From Styela clava (lineage: Eukaryota), in the NCBI RefSeq assembly GCF_964204865.1, contig NC_135257.1, positions 14,818,001 through 14,882,000 on the forward strand: a DNA stretch of 64,000 nt, given 5' to 3'. Made by a program: the position numbers and the translations under genes. Positions 40,954 to 54,500 of this stretch are shown here, one piece after another (positions within the stretch are counted from its first letter, which is position 1; each line of letters begins with the position of its first letter). Under the pieces are notes generated by a model that saw nothing but the letters and a program-made list of their open reading frames with translations, made no database searches and was not told the DNA's origin.

Positions 40954-41495
40954 AAAATATTTTTCTTGCTCTATTGAATCCAGATTTCGTTCATTCCATG
41001 TTAAATTTGCTTTGCGAGCAGTGCCCACTAATGACCTGCTATATAGAATAAGTCCGAAATGTACATTTTGTAATATGCATGTTGAAACTGTGTTAGATTT
41101 ATTTTATCTCTGTGAATTTGTGCAGCAATCTTGGGAAATAGTTAACGCCTGGTTAACCGTTGAGTACGGATTAAACCTCAATTTGACACATAGAGAAATG
41201 TTATTGGGGGTAGGGCAAAACCAGGGTATAAACTGTGTTTTATAATGTGCCAGATATTTTATATACAAATGTAAACTGCGTAATGAAAGGCCTCAATTTC
41301 GCCAATTTTTATATATGAAAAAAAAATATTATAAACTGTGAAAAGACTATTGCAACTAAAAATGGTAAACTATCAATCCATAAGAAGAAGTTGAAAACAA
41401 TTATGTGCTCGTTTTTTTTTTAAATACAATTGTATTTGGGGTATTGTTTCTATATAATGTGATGTTTTTATTGATAAAAAAAATAAAAATAAAGA
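40954..41495 (+). mobile_element. 5'-truncated non-LTR retrotransposon (L1/Tx1-like) 3' end: degenerate zf-RVT region and A-rich tail
   Basis: FRSFHVKFALRAVPTNDLLYRI..CTFC...ETV.DLFY.C.FVQQSW, in-frame stop at 41243-41245, then CARYFIYKCK; ends in AAAAAAATAAAAATAAA. Confidence 0.75.
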
Positions 41496-41949
41496 AATTC
41501 AAAAATAACAATGTAAAAATTCTATTCTTTGCATTGGATTCTATTTCGAATACCAAAAAATCGTCGGCCACTTCGCTTCGTAGTAAAAATGATCAGGGTT
41601 GTAATATCAAAATTATTAATTTACTGTAATGTGCAGTTCATGTTAGTTTCTGCTGCAATGAAAGCTATAATAGCATAGAATGTTTTCTGCGGACGAAACG
41701 GATACACAACAACAAACTAAACTTGACAAAAAAATCTCACAAGCACCACTTTCAAGCGATCGCAATGAAGAAAATAGGCAACTCGACCAACTAGAAATAT
41801 AGTTACACTCCCATAGTTACATGATGTACCAAGTATGTAGATATTGCTCGAGACTAGAGAGAGTATATACTACAAACTAGAGTTGTTGTCCAGCTTTTGT
41901 TGGAATATAGTAAAAATAGTGTGAAACCCAACTTTTTAATATTCAGTCA

Positions 41950-42370
41950 ATACAGATGAAGCAAAATAGTATATTTTCTTATGTGAGGCGAAATAATAAC
42001 AACGGTGAAGGTCAGGACGGCAATGAGCAAAGTAGTTCAAATGTTAAAAAAGGCATTTTCTGCTTTAACAACTATTAAAAACAAAAAAGAAGTTGTTCAA
42101 AGAGTGTAGACATGAGTATGAGAATTGCATTGAACGCCGTGGAGCCACGATTCAAGAAGATTGCAAAGGAAATGCAAGAACAACCTAGTCATTAAATTTC
42201 ACGCTTGTTACCTTCTTTCTGTTTCGTTGTTGAAGTACAAAAATTTGAATTACAAATATTTCGTGTTGAGAGTATTTTGTGTTTTTTTTCAATTTTGTTA
42301 ATTGGGGTTCCATAAAAAACAAAAAATTATATCAGGGGTTCCACAATAACAAAAAGGTTGAATAGCACTG
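41950..42370 (+). mobile_element. hAT (Buster/Charlie) internal-deletion remnant, 3' end intact
   Basis: MKQNSIFSYVRR... joined to KAFSALTTIKNKK/..MRIALNAVEPRFKKIAKEMQEQPSH* (one frameshift); ends AAAAAGGTTGAATAGCACTG. Confidence 0.75.
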
Positions 42371-42690
42371 GTTTAGAATCTTTCCACTTATTTTTTCCAG
42401 TTTATAATAGTGGTATACAATTCTGATCGCTTGTGTAATTTTTTTTTCATTCTGTTGTTTGTTTTGTTGACTTTTTCTTCAACAGCAAGACTGGAGTGAT
42501 AAACATAAATGCAGTGAACGTTCAACTGTTTTAATCTGTGTGGGAGACATGATATATAAGTGAGCTAGGAGAATAATTTTATAAGAATAGCAATATATTA
42601 AATACAGTATCGGTAATTGTTTTATATGTCAATCAAACAACTTTTGACATTATGATATCAGTTATGATGATTTGCTAATATCCCGTAGAA

Positions 42691-43008
42691 CAGTGGTTCT
42701 CAACCTTTTATGACTCGTGGCCCCCTTTCGGAGGCTTTTAGCACTCATGGCCCCCACTTTAATATTCCAGAGGTATTAATAGGGTTATTTTCATTGATAG
42801 ATTCCAAATCCCATTATGTTAAAACAATTTACACAAAAGAAAGCGAAAACACCCTGCGAAATAACCTTGCTGAGCAGCAAACTAGGAAAAACTGTGAGAT
42901 TTCTTTTAAAGTGAAAAGTAAATTCAGATTTCAGCCCATCCTTGTGGCCCCCCTCCAACTTCTCTGTGGCCCCCTTAGGGGGCCGAGGGCCCCGGTTGAG
43001 AACCGCTG
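42691..43008. mobile_element. hAT-Charlie-like MITE
   Basis: CAGTGGTTCTCAACC...GGTTGAGAACCGCTG; perfect TSD ccgtagaa; a related fragment lies at ~4175-4260. Confidence 0.88.
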
Positions 43009-43319
43009 CCGTAGAATATATAGGTACCATCGAATCGCAAACACCCTACGTAGGCTAATATACTGACCCTGTTTGCTGAAATTTCGAGAAAACCCCAAAA
43101 CTCTTATAACCTTGTCCGACCTCAATGTCTGCAAAATGGAAAGAAATCGTGCTCACATTCTTGATAACCATTAGATTCCAATAACAAAGTATCATACTGT
43201 CAATATATTTACCTATACTGTTGAGGCAACATTTATAATAATTGATGGAATTTGGACTATAATTTGACTGTTGTTTGGTGAATGAGGGCTCCTAATGAAC
43301 CTTTTCCACAAGCATCGAC

Positions 43320-43790
43320 TTCCTTCTTTACTTCGTGACATTGGCCAATCAGCAAGCTGCAAAAAGTGACGTAACAATGCTTCCCTCGCATTGGCTCAGA
43401 CACTTTTTTCACTCAGACAGATTTTCAAGCGTGGTCTTAAACATTACCCCGTTTTCGCGTTTTTGAACTCTATTCTTTAGTTTTCAGTTGTGTTTCGGAA
43501 ACTCAAATATAAATCAGATAATTCAATGATCACTCTGTATTTCTAGTGGTTTTAATTTAATTTTTTTTAATTTAACTATTTCGTCTGTTATGCTGAGTCG
43601 GAACGGTATCTTAGTCGTTGGTCGGAATAAACTTAAAATGATGCCAACTTAATGCCACGCTTGGGGTGTCACGCCTTCAATTTGACCGTTGGTTGTCATA
43701 GCTCATACGTATAGTCGCTAGCTTTTTTAGTCTTTTTTAGTCTTCGGCGTGGGCTGTTTTCGGTTTTTTACGGAAGAAAGTCAGGTAATT
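43320..43790 (+). promoter_or_regulatory. Probable promoter plus non-coding first exon upstream of RUVBL2/RAPGEF1
   Basis: ATTGGCCAAT (~43340) and ATTGG (~43390) CCAAT boxes, TGACGTAA (~43367), CpG-rich sequence, and a donor CAG|GTAATT at 43784/43785; no ATG in frame with RAPGEF1. Confidence 0.5.
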
Positions 43791-44249
43791 TGCATGCTAT
43801 TTTTCCACGCTAATATGTACATTGTAATGATATGCTTCTGATGGAATGTGGACAATGTTTAATACAAATGGATATATGACGAATACTGGAGTATCAACAT
43901 TGGATATCATATGTATAATTGATTATTTACCGTATAATGTTTTATTTATCTTCGACTAATCGGAACTCAATACATGCAATTGTTTTCCAAAAAAAAATTG
44001 TTTAATAAAAAAAAAATTTGACAATATAATTGGCTTAAAAAAAAATATTTAAATAATCCCATACCGGTAGTGCTACATTCCAGACAGTGCTAAGCGTTAG
44101 GAATACGCTTGCCAATGCACGTCTGTATGGGTTCATGGATTGAAATCATTAAATATTTTGACGCTATACCAGTACGGTAGTCTACTCTATTTGGCACTTG
44201 ATATACCTACTTAGTTGACAGTTAAGTGAATTTTATTTTAACTGAAGAA

Positions 44250-44587
44250 GCGCGGCGGTGTGACTCAACGGGATAAGCTTTAGGAATACGCTTGCCACCG
44301 CATCTCTGATTACTCTGCGTGGGTTCGCAGGTTTGAATCCCATGCAGGGATGGTTATGTGCGAGAGGATTGCTGGACTCCTCGCCGTCGTTGGGTGTTTC
44401 ACGTAACCGCTGGTTGGTTACGGCTTCCTCCACCACCAAGTCCATGCTTCCGAAAACAAACAATATAACTAATCCCATACCCCACTTGGAATGGTAACCG
44501 GACGAGAGGCCGTGGTTCGTCATATGGATAAGCCGTCTTATCGGATTTCCTCTCCCCCGGGATAAATATGTAAATCCTATCCTATCC
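44250..44587 (+). mobile_element. Full-length tRNA-derived SINE
   Basis: A-box-like TGACTCAACGG (44261), B-box GGTTTGAATCC (44330-44340), ~250-bp body and (CCTAT)n tail; further copies at 31210, 12284 and ~44087. Confidence 0.85.
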
Positions 44588-44748
44588 TTTTTTCCTGTTT
44601 AACAGACTTTATTTTAAAAAAAAAAAAATTTTCACATATTTTTGATTGACGTAGATATAAGGAGTTATGCCGCTTACGTCGCCAAACCTCATACAGTTAT
44701 ATAGTTTTTGTCAGTCTGTAGCTGTTTCAGTGTTTAGCAGACTTTATC

Positions 44749-45205
44749 GGGTCTAGTATAGTTTAGTACCTCAAGTACTTCCAGTGAGCGTAGCATAACG
44801 AATTTTGCATATGTTATTATTCCTAACCCCCACCTGACTATGCCATCCACAAATTATATCACTACGACGTCACCATCGCGTCGTAGGGCTTGCCAAAGTA
44901 CAATTACGATTGCCCAAAATGGCATCCGCGCCACCGATAACGAACTCGACAACGCCGGCAATCTCTCTCCTGTGGTGATCGTTGTGACGAAAAAACGAGA
45001 GAAAAAGCTTGCACGATTTCGTTGGATCGTCTGCGCGTTTTGGATGACCATCCGCATACTTTGGCTGGCCTTATTACCCCACTGTGACGTCCAAATGATG
45101 TAATTTTTCGGTGTCGGAGTCAGGTGGGGGTTAGGATTGACATATGCAAAAATTGTTGAGCCAGGCCAACTAAAAGTGCATGTGGTACCAAACTATACCA
45201 GACCC
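44749..45205. mobile_element. GGG-ended MITE with ~90-bp TIRs and 8-bp TSD (Merlin-like family B)
   Basis: GGGTCTAGTATAGTTTAGTACC...GGTACCAAACTATACCAGACCC; inner CCTAACCCCCACCTGACT/AGTCAGGTGGGGGTTAGG; perfect TSD actttatc. Confidence 0.85.
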
Positions 45206-45630
45206 ACTTTATCCTGGTCCACAAACAAGTAGCCTACATTTAAAAAAAAAACTGATGTACACTCAGAATACATTTTTCTGATAAATGTGTACTGCAGTCT
45301 GGCAGTACCGTGATAACTACCATTCAAATAACATTTAATTTTTTGCTTTTTTTTCTACATTTAATATTGAATAATAACACCTAAATAAATTCACATACAA
45401 TTTTCTAATACGAAATGGATTCTACACTAATATGACATGGATTCTTGGAAACATGGACTCAATGCGGATGACTTGTTAAAACTCATTTATTGTAATTTTG
45501 AATGCTCTGGATAAATTTTCAACTGCTTCACTGACTAAAAAATGAGCTGTTGCTCCCGATCTTGTCTTTTCTGAATATAATTTTAAGAAAAATTTCTCGT
45601 GCTTTTTCGACAATATTTTCTTTTTAGTGA

Positions 45631-47049
<1,419 letters not shown>

Positions 47050-48006
47050 TAACTAATTGAGACTGAGCTATAGCCTTGTAGTAAATTTTCAAAACAAGCA
47101 AGCTTGTTTATAGTATAGCACTATTATACCTCTTGCTTGTGTTTGTATTTTACTTAACGAGACATAGCTAGTTGTCTTTGGTGCAAGCTATCACAGTAAA
47201 AAGTTGCACAAACACTTGTTCTGTTTCATTAAATATTTCAACTAGGCATTAGTTTTAAATTTGTGTTGGTCAGAGCAATGTATTATTCATTCAAATTGCT
47301 TGGTCATTATTAACTCAGTACATACCATAAGTAAAATTTATGTGGTACAGTTTTTTTCTATTGCTGTTATCTCTGCTAAATTTGATAGAAACATTGTTTT
47401 GATGATTTGCCTTTGTTTTTAGTGCCACTGTTAGTTTTGTATAAAATGTGTGTTAGCTTGCATTGGAATTTTCATTTTTTTTTAGATCTTTAACAATCGA
47501 AAAAATCAGTAAAAGAAACATTTTTTAATAATAGTTGAATCCATTTGTTGAAACCATGGAATATACCTGATTGTGGATTTTATATAAGAACAAGGATATA
47601 TTTTCTCATCACAGCGGAAGCTTTGGCATGGCTGAAAATCGTGAGAAACGAGGTAATGAGAGTGATAAATTCTTGTTGCATTTACTGTATAATACACTAG
47701 CATTGCTAATAATTTAATTATTAGTTACGGTCTGCTTATTCAAAGACAATTTTGCAGGCAATAAATGAAATTATGGTTGGAAGGAACATACCACACACAC
47801 AATGTATTTTAGTGTTTACCTTCTGTGATCATTGAGATGCAAGCATGTTTGAACGCATACTTCAAAATTTTGTTTTATGCTTTGATTTTATCTATTCTAT
47901 TTTTAAACTCCGTAATGATATATGGATGATGCATTGTTATTACCCTAATACTAATTATAGCTAATACTAAGAAAAATGTAACTTTTTAACATTATGTGGA
48001 ATAAAC

Positions 48007-48219
48007 GGGACTCCCGTAGTATGTGCCCCAAGATGAACACTGGAACGTAGTATGTGTACCAGGTTAGGGTTAGGCCATAATTTCAGGTGCAAATACTACC
48101 CAAACTCGTAATAAATCTAAAATAAGAAAAATTGAAATAAAATTATGGCCTAACCCTAACTTGGAACACATACTACGTTCTGGTGTCCGCCATCTTGGTC
48201 CGCATACTACGGGAGTACT
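48007..48219. mobile_element. Merlin-like family A MITE
   Basis: ACTCCCGTAGTATG...CATACTACGGGAGT palindrome with GGTTAGGGTTAGG/CCTAACCCTAAC and CCGCCATCTTGG. Confidence 0.78.
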
Positions 48220-48505
48220 CACCCACCCATAAACTCACCCATGGCAATTTAATGATAAATAAGTTTGGGCCATATTCATTGTAAAATACATATATGTCTA
48301 CATTTATAATACTCACAAGTATTTTATCGTTGCCTGTTGTAATCATGCTTTCTTGTATCGACTTTTGAATTGTAAAACATTGGCTTATTTAAGTATCTCC
48401 AATCTGAATGGTTGAAACGAATTTGCATTTGTTTGTTTATTTTGTGATAAGTTGAGTCTTCTTTCGTTTTTAGAAGCGACAGGAAGTCAGGATGCAACTA
48501 AAAGA

Positions 48506-51500
48506 ATGGCAAAAAAACTGAGGACTGCTAAACAAAAACTCACAGAATCTTTCAAATCAGCAGCTCTGAAGGAGTTTTATCGGGAAAAGTACAAGAATAA
48601 TAGAAGAATAAACAAAAGTATGTTCTATATACCTTTTTTGTATAGGGCTACTTGAGAAAAATATAATAGAAACCAGATTTATCTAGTTCTGAAACTTCTC
48701 CAAAATTTTTATACCCGCCCATCTGTAACTGTAATTCGTCTCAGACTCTAAGCTATTAGTATGTTTATTCTAATTCAGATCTATACATTGTAAAGTCTTT
48801 CGCAATATTTTATTGCTTTGTAAAGTCTCAGTGCTGTGTTAATAATTTATTTGTGGCAATTTATACGTAGGTGTGCTGGTTTTAAGAGTTGAGTAACCAT
48901 AGTCTTCCCACTTATGTCTATATTAATATATTGAATTATTCTAGAAGAAGATGATTTAGATATATTGAATTTTTGTGGCATGATACATTAATAAGTCATT
49001 TGATAGTTTTTTGATAGATTGATTTGATAGATATTTTTTCGTTAATGTTTGCCATTCGAATAGTCATATTGAGATAGAGCTAAGGCATTAATATGATTTC
49101 AACTTATGAGAAAAGTAGTGCTCTTTTCAATTTGTTCATAATTATTTGAGTCTGCAGTTGTAAATTGTTGGTAGTGTTTGTGTTTCTTGAGAATTTGATA
49201 TTGTTAGAAGAAGATATGATCAGGATATTAGAATTATAATATTATTCTGTCTATTTGTGTATGTATCTGTTCTTATATTATATTTATATGACAGATATGA
49301 AATTTCCTTATTTATCAAATATAATATGGTGATTACACACTCCAGTCTAGTCTGTGAATTATAACTACCATTAGTTAATTTATTTTAAATTACTTATATT
49401 TTTATTCATTTGTACAGTACAGGGAATTTTTTGTAGCGTAAGTGCTTATTTAGATTTGCTTATCAACTAGGTAAACATTGAATAATATGTTTAATTTTAA
49501 TAAAAGGAAGGAGAGCATTCCTGCTTTGGTATTATCAACAGTAAAAGGTAAACATAATGTTAATTATAAATACTACATGTGTATTTGTTAGTTTTGACAT
49601 TGCCAAGCAAGAATTATAATATCCTTGATCACTGTCTAAAATTATTAAAATTCATCAGGTTATGAAAGAAATCACAAATTACACAGAAGACACAGTCCAG
49701 CCGCTTCCAGCCTTGAAGATTTGTTTCGACCTGGATCTGATGATGGCAGTTTTGATGGAAATAAGGTTGGTGTATAAAAAGTGTTTAGTATTGAATTTTT
49801 GAATTGAAAGCTATGCGTATAGATAATGAAGACATAACTGAAAAAGCAGAGATGCCAAAACTACCTCACTATAAACCTGTCTATAACTCTCTGATTATAC
49901 CCTTTGGAGTGAAGATTTGTCAGATTGTTAACAGGCCTTAAAATGCTGATTGGGGTTAGCTATATTGTATTGGATAATGATGATTACTTTCCTGTCATAC
50001 AAATATGAGATAGAAACATATTGCTTGAAAATTCATTTAGTATTTATATTTAACCTAAATGAGATTTAACCTTGAGCAGAAATATACTCAAAATAATGTA
50101 TTTGTCCCAATGTAATTTATACACTAAACCAGGGGTGTGCTACATTTTTTGTCATTAGGCCATATTATAACCAACTTCAGACATCCAGCTGGGCCACACA
50201 AAAAACATAAACTGTCGGATTAGGATTTTATGCTTGATGGGAAAAAATCTTGAGTGTTGACAAGGGCCACACTAGATAGCTTGGCGGGTCGGTTTGTGGC
50301 GCGCGTAGGTCGAATGCCTGTTGCACAACCCTGCACTAAACCAATGTCAAAGACATTGGGAAAGGACATTGATATGAGATAGCAGGAGAGGTGAAAAATA
50401 TACTGCTTGTTTAAAGCCAATTGTCCAAAATGTCTAATAAATCCACTCATTACAAAAATATAATTGTTTTGATGGTTTTTATGTTAAATTGAATATGTTT
50501 ATATATCTGATTTACATGATATCAAAATGGTTCAAATTAGTAACAACTTGTTTGTATAGTCTGTATAATCATGTAGAAAATATTGATTATTCATTTTGTG
50601 ATGCTATTATTGTACATCTGTAAATACACACAGCACAGTTATTATGTTATTATCATATTTACAATGCATTATTGCATTATTAAAGCATTCCCAATTTTTA
50701 ATTTGCATGTCTGGTAACTAATGATATTTTAAGTCATTATCTCAATTATCTATGATTAGGACAGTTCATTCTCTGTTTCAATTATGTAGGTGGATTGTTG
50801 TCTTTCTGGAAAATCTTTATTGTTCCCTTTTTCATCATATCTCTCTGCTTGATGGTATCAGTGACAGCTCATAGTCGAGTAGGAGAATCCTTCATGAAAT
50901 GAATTGAATCCATGAATTGAAATTTATCTGAATTCAAATTTAATTTACTCATTCAAGATACTTTGGAATAGTAAATTTTTCACTCCAGGCCTTCCCTGGC
51001 CTGGTTATTTTTTCGTTTTTTTTTCATTGTATTTAAGAATATTGTCGCTGATGATTGAATGCTTTAGTATGGGTATTGTGGATTTACACTAATCCATCTT
51101 CATTTTTTTTGCATTGATAAATTATGTGTGATCTAAAAACCCAAGTGACCTCAGTTCTCATATTGCAATACAAACATCTAAATCCGTATTCGTTATTGCA
51201 ACCAGGACTTTTAGTAAATGATAATGTCATCCATCATGTAATATCTATTGCACATTTATTGTACCGATAATTTTGAACAGTAATCTGCCTACAAAACAAG
51301 CCAAGTAGAATGATTGACACTGCTATATGGGAGAGGTCTATTTGCATTAATTTTTTATGAACCTCTCGTTCAAAGCAAAATAAACAACTCTCCCAGCTTT
51401 TCGAGCGAGGTAGCTCCATCATCTGAACAATATTGTTTATTGAGAATACCTAATATGTATGCAAATTTCTTGATTACAGTAATTCATGATCTAAATTTGA

Positions 51501-54500
51501 ACACATTTAGATTGCAATAATTTAACTTTAGCAGATAGTGTGTTGTGTAGATTTATCTTATCAATTCTGTTCAATTTTAGTCGGTCAATTTACGAATGAA
51601 TACTTACATATGTTGTGGCTTGTATTGTACGTAGTGCAATATAACCTATGTAGTGACAACTTTATTATTCATTCTAGTTTTGATTAAAATTTCGTATGAA
51701 TTTCTAAGAAAGTTCAAAATAAATGTTATTACATAAACTATTTTTGGATATCTTCGGCATTTTCCATTGGAATCATTATTCATTTCATGGTATCTCGAAT
51801 TTTACCCTGAAGTTTTACAATTATTATGATTTTTCTTCGAATTGGGTTTAATTTGATGATTAGAACCAAAAATTGATTTTTTTTTTCTGAAACAATGAAT
51901 ATTTGGATATGGATCTTTTTAGGGTATATCTAAATTTATCTCAATTTCTAAACTGCATAAATTATTTTATTTTTGCCAATGATTTAAAATATGTATTTAA
52001 AGCGTTAACATACAAATGCAGCTCTCGACGTATTATGTAACCAAAAATATGACAGCTATAAATAACTGCACTAATATTTTTTTTTGTGTAATCGCTCCAC
52101 CAACTTTAAAGTTCGAGAATCGTGCGTATGCATCATACTATTGATGTCAGAAATAAATTTGTGTGTGGTTGCATTATCGATGAGTCATCACATATAAAAT
52201 TTTGATGACGTAACACGCATTGTGTGTGTGTGTGTGAAGTAACTCATGTCTCTACCTTATTCATATCTTAGATATTATTACCTAATGTGTGGTTATCAAT
52301 ACCCAATAAAGCACACCTTGCCAAAAAATTTAGTATCCAAATCAGTGTAATCTTGATTGTTATGCGAGATTTAAAGTTAAGTCGGATAATTTTGCCGAGT
52401 ATGATATTTTTGCTTTCCATTTTATATCAGAAATAATCAATTTTGTAGTGGGATTAATTACCGTAACTTTAAATTACACAAAGCTTGCTTGTTCAGATTC
52501 CCAAGTTCAAGTAATTGTTAAGGATATCCATATTATGTTTGCTGGCAAATAATTTTGCCTTGGGATTGATGATGGCAAATAGTTTAGATAAGATCCTTCA
52601 GTAGATCTGATTTTTTTTTGAGGGAACCAATGGTTGTGATTTTAGGTTTCACTTTTTTTTGATTCATTGCATAACTTCATTCCACTGTTTTTGTACCGAT
52701 ATTGAGGAACAGCAGCAGCCAGATGTTACCGAAAGAAGGGGGCTGTCTGCAATATTCTGAATTTTACTTTGTAAACTTAAACATGAAACATGACTTTACT
52801 CCCAAAATGGTAAATTCCTTAGTAAATTCCCCATGTAATAGGCATTTATGGGTAGTTTTAAGAATCAGTCTCATGTTTTTTCATAAACAAAATATTATAT
52901 ATTGATTTTTTTGCTATGATTTAATTACAATATTGATTTTTTAAATGTCTTAACTGCGCCTGATACACCACCTGCCAAAATGTAATTGAGCAGATGGAAG
53001 CCCGATTCCCAGAGGAATGTTATTGGCTTAAAATTTTGAACACCTTGATAGAGTGGTTTTAGATTACCATAACTGTTTCACCAGTACCACACTTGCTTTA
53101 AAAAGATTTTTTGTTTTGGCTATTTTGCCAAATAGGTAACGAAATCACCAGTAAAAATAGGACATTGGTAAAGATTCAGGAAATGTATTATGCAAACTAT
53201 AATAGTCTATAATATTCACAAACTATTCATTTTCAACTTTTATATTTTGGATTACTGGCTGTTATAGATTCGTTGAGCGCAAACAAAGACGTTTATCATT
53301 ACCTTTTTATGTTGATGTGTGATGTAAAAAGATTTTTTTAATGATGTCAAGGTCAACAATACATGATTGATTCTCGCTATGTTTTACTGTTGAAAATATT
53401 TATATAAATGTATAAATAAAAGAGAAATGGAGAACTATTTGGACACAGAAGTTGATACCTACCATTATCAGTAGGCCACCACCCTTTAATTTTGAGTATT
53501 TCTCGATCATGGCTGAAACTTTATCATTGGCTGTCATGATTTTTTTTTGAAATAAGGTAAATTTGAGGGGGCACAATGGGCAGATATTAAAAATATGTAG
53601 TTTTACTAGGTGACTCTTTTATTTTTAATCAACTGCCAAAATTTTCAACGGCTATTATTAGACACCATCAGTTTTTGATAAACAAAATAAAGTAGACTGA
53701 TATTTCGAAAAACTAACAGCTTCAGAGCATGAGCCCATTCCTCTGTAATAAGTTTTAATTTGTCTCAAGCATTCGCATATTCGCTAGTTTACTATTCACT
53801 ATTACAATGTTATAAATAAATACGGTAATGTAAAAAACTGTAGGCGGTTTTCCTATTCATCTTGGTTTCATGTGTGAAGCTGACTCAAACGCTCTATGAT
53901 CTATAGGTCTGCTGTATATTGTAGAGTAGGAAAACGTGTAGGCGTCAGTTATGATATCATAATAACAGGTATTTAGTCATATTCTTGATACATCGCATAG
54001 CTAGTAGGAATAAACTGAAATAATGTAAATTTAAAGGTTCAATAACAGAAAAACAACTCATCATCATCGGCTTGTTATCTGCTTCTTGTAAAATAACTTG
54101 TATATGAGTCTATGAAGTGATTGCAATCAGTGTAATTCTCTAATACTGGTCATATTATTGATGCGTCAGGCTTAAAATCATTTCTGACCGGTTTAAATTA
54201 TTTTCTGAAACCAATAGTTTCATTTCAATTCTCAAACCAAGCAATGTCCAATGTGTTGTATGACTAATTGAATACATGGATCACATTGCAATCAATATGC
54301 ATGCTACATCCCAGACTCAAGCTTGGCGAATACATTCAACTGGTGGTTGTAAACGATTAGATTTGAGAAATGTAGCTTCACAATTTTTAACAGGTCAGTC
54401 CCAGGGTACAACTTAATTACCCTTTGGAGGAAGTCGTAGGGATACAGTGATGTGTGACTTGAAAAGTTTTTTTCCGGCTTGACCTTATTTGCTTTAATAA

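Noticed and set aside
44250-44345. tRNA gene
   Set aside because: It has A/B boxes but no proper cloverleaf, continues into a shared body with a (CCTAT)n tail and has dispersed copies, so it is a SINE.
44233-45103. ORFs 44233-44523, 44840-45103 and 44854-45057
   Set aside because: Chance ORFs in the SINE antisense strand and the MITE core; no recognisable domain.
54277-54391. Alternative RAPGEF1 first coding exon (MDHIAINMHATSQ...)
   Set aside because: Candidate donors are phase 1, but the next exon (57016) is phase 0.
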